A DNA stretch of 63,761 bases, filler included, from Elsinoe ampelina (taxonomy: Eukaryota): assembly GCA_010093995.1 (NCBI GenBank). It is 8 parts of 4 records of this genome, joined end to end, with 100 filler letters (N's around TTAATTAATTAA, not from the genome) between each part and the next. Parts side by side here need not be neighbours in the genome. Positions count along the whole stretch, not along the records: positions 60,943 to 62,348 come from ML992510.1; positions 62,449 to 63,761 come from ML992511.1; 6 more parts are not named here. One strand, 5' to 3'. The translations under genes were made by a program, and so were the position numbers. A model generated the notes under the pieces. That model was given only the letters and a program-made list of their open reading frames with translations. It was not told the origin of the DNA and made no database searches. The stretch's first letter is position 1; each line of letters starts with the position of its first letter. Positions 62,001-63,761 of the stretch are shown one piece after another.

Positions 62001-63761
62001 CTCCCCCTAAAGCTATAAAGCCTTAGGTTATTATACCTATAGGATATATAGCTATTTAATAACTTATATTACCTAGTCTTTATAGACTATATTCTTATTA
62101 AATGTTATATAGGGTAATATAATAATCTTTCCCTTCTAGGCTTGCTAAGTATAATACTAATAGAGTATCTAGATAAGGTAATTAGTTATTAAGTTGTTCT
62201 ATATACTAATATACTAACTAAGTAATACTCTAGCTTAGAATTTGTATAATTTAGAAATATGTTAGTTATAGATATAGGCTCTATAGCTAAAGCGTCTAAT
62301 ATAAGTTAATAAGACTAGCCTATTATTATTAAGAAGATCCTTTCTTAGNNNNNNNNNNNNNNNNNNNNNNNNNNNNNNNNNNNNNNNNNNNNTTAATTAA
62401 TTAANNNNNNNNNNNNNNNNNNNNNNNNNNNNNNNNNNNNNNNNNNNNAAGGACTAATTAATCCTAGTATAAAGTTATAGGCTATCTAAGTATAGAGTCT
62501 ATTAATTACCTCCTAACTACTATAGTTAGTGGTAAACTAACCTTAACTAAGTCTAACTTGTATTAACTAATTTATCTTAGGTTACTATATTAGACTTGTA
62601 AGCTATTAAATACTTAGAAGCTTATCTTAAGGAGCCCTAACACTAAGATTGTTACAACTAAGCCCTTTAAAAGGATCACCTTTAATATTATTATTAATAG
62701 GTTCACTAGCTATAATAAGGCAAGGTATATAAGCCATTTTGCCTGCAGAGCAACTAACTATCAACTAGTTACTAGTTATGCTTATAGGTATAAGCTTAAT
62801 AAGATTGCTATTAAGATAATTACCTACATTAAGAGCAATCTTAGCTTTAAGGTTAGATTCGTTAGGAGTAATAATAAAAGAGCCTTTAGCCTAAGATTCA
62901 CTATCTTTCTAGACAGCAAGGGTATATAGCATAAGCAAACTACTCTATACACTCTAGCACAGAATAGTTATAGTAAAAGGATAGGGTCTATACTATTAAG
63001 GAGAGCAAGGGCAGTAGCTATCTTTACTAATCTTCTAAGGGAATTACACCCTAAACTATACAGATTAGTAGCCTATCTAATAAATAGGACTCTACTTAAG
63101 AAGCTTAACTAGAAGACTCCCTTTAAGCTAGTTTATAGATGCCCTCTATCTATATCCTATCTTAGACTACTTGGATGTAAGGCTTATACCCTAGATTATT
63201 ATGTTATAAGTAGTAATAAGCTTATACTAAAAGCACATATTAGTTATCTAGTTAGATATAACTTAACTAACATATTTAGGATCTTTATACTAGCCTTAAA
63301 GAAGGTTATTAGAACAAGAGATGTCAGATTTAATAAGACTTAGTTCTATAAGCTAGAGGAGCAGCCTTAGCCTTAGCCTATTAGACTACTTAATCTACTA
63401 AGACTGCTATAGGAAGTTAAGGAGAATATACCTTAAACTAAAGGGGTAACTAAAGGCCTATCTATACTATAGAATCTAGTTTAGAATCTAGTTTAGCATC
63501 TAGTTTAGAATCTAGTTTAGTAGATTCTAACTAAGGAACTAAATAATTATAGTTTATTATTATAGTTATAGGCTTAATAGGCTCTATTACCTCCACTAGA
63601 TAATTATAGTCTACTATTACAGTTATAGACTCTAGAGCTAAACCCGGCTTAGATCTAGGAAGCTACATTACTAGAATAGTTCTATAATACTCTAGCCTCT
63701 CTACCCTTAACAGCTATATAGCCTTTACCTCTATCTAAAGCTAAAACTATAAGGAGTAAGG
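59028..63761 (+). mobile_element. Ty1/Copia family 2 (LTR, PBS, gag, protease, integrase), RIP-degenerate; runs off the window
   Basis: Putative LTR ~59028-59165, then GTTATAAGCCC PBS. De-RIPed gag knuckle CxCxxxHxxxxC ~60100, protease WILDSGAT.HIC ~60370, WHK.MGH ~60816, integrase VRSDN / PYTPAQNG..ER, RTRDVRF. LTR is unrelated to family 1. Confidence 0.85.
60943..62348 (-). mobile_element. Copia family 1 internal fragment (integrase end to RT start) on a small contig between gaps
   Basis: Reverse complement of 50989-51890 and colinear with 34964-35680. Confidence 0.8.

Noticed and set aside
60800..62491. Apparent nesting of a family-1 fragment in the family-2 Copia with a ~42-bp duplication (60800-60842 and 62449-62491)
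   Set aside because: Both junctions are gaps and no LTRs are visible; most simply overlapping contigs from different copies placed together by scaffolding.
63469..63525. 12-bp tandem repeat (TAGAATCTAGTT-like, about 4 units)
   Set aside because: In-frame low-complexity linker between integrase and RT of the Copia polyprotein; no spacers, so not CRISPR-like.
1..63761. Starship or other giant cargo element; tRNA, rRNA or CRISPR
   Set aside because: No tyrosine-recombinase captain, RNA-gene or repeat-spacer signature recognised; TYW1 indicates core chromosome.

Overview
Fungal (Pezizomycotina-type) draft-assembly window with two kinds of sequence. GC-balanced, intron-containing gene islands alternate with AT-rich blocks of LTR retrotransposons destroyed by repeat-induced point mutation (RIP; TpA-saturated). 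Gene islands: (i) an SRPK-like kinase and a small unknown spliced gene; (ii) a 5-gene catabolic-looking cluster (amino-acid transporter, Zn alcohol dehydrogenase, amidase, SDR, C2H2/fungal TF); (iii) a 6-exon divergent histone H4 variant missing from the ORF track, TYW1, a GH64 glucanase with a Lys/Thr tail and a tandem pair of F-box-like genes (one decayed); (iv) a GH16 glucanase and a Pmp3-like gene. Repeat blocks: a Ty1/Copia family with ~142-bp LTRs (7 LTR copies), two nested Ty3/Gypsy chromoviruses with 463-bp LTRs, and a second Copia family at the right end. Main result, from manual de-RIPing: both LTR families carry an extra gene antisense to pol, between pol and the 3' LTR, encoding a six-cysteine putative zinc-cluster protein. 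In the Copia it is an intron-containing DUF3716-like gene present as two diverged alleles. In the Gypsy it is a Zn(II)2Cys6-like plus coiled-coil gene. The two Gypsy copies also inserted about 20 bp apart in the Copia RT catalytic motif. All calls are by eye; no database searches were run, and N-gaps limit structural conclusions.
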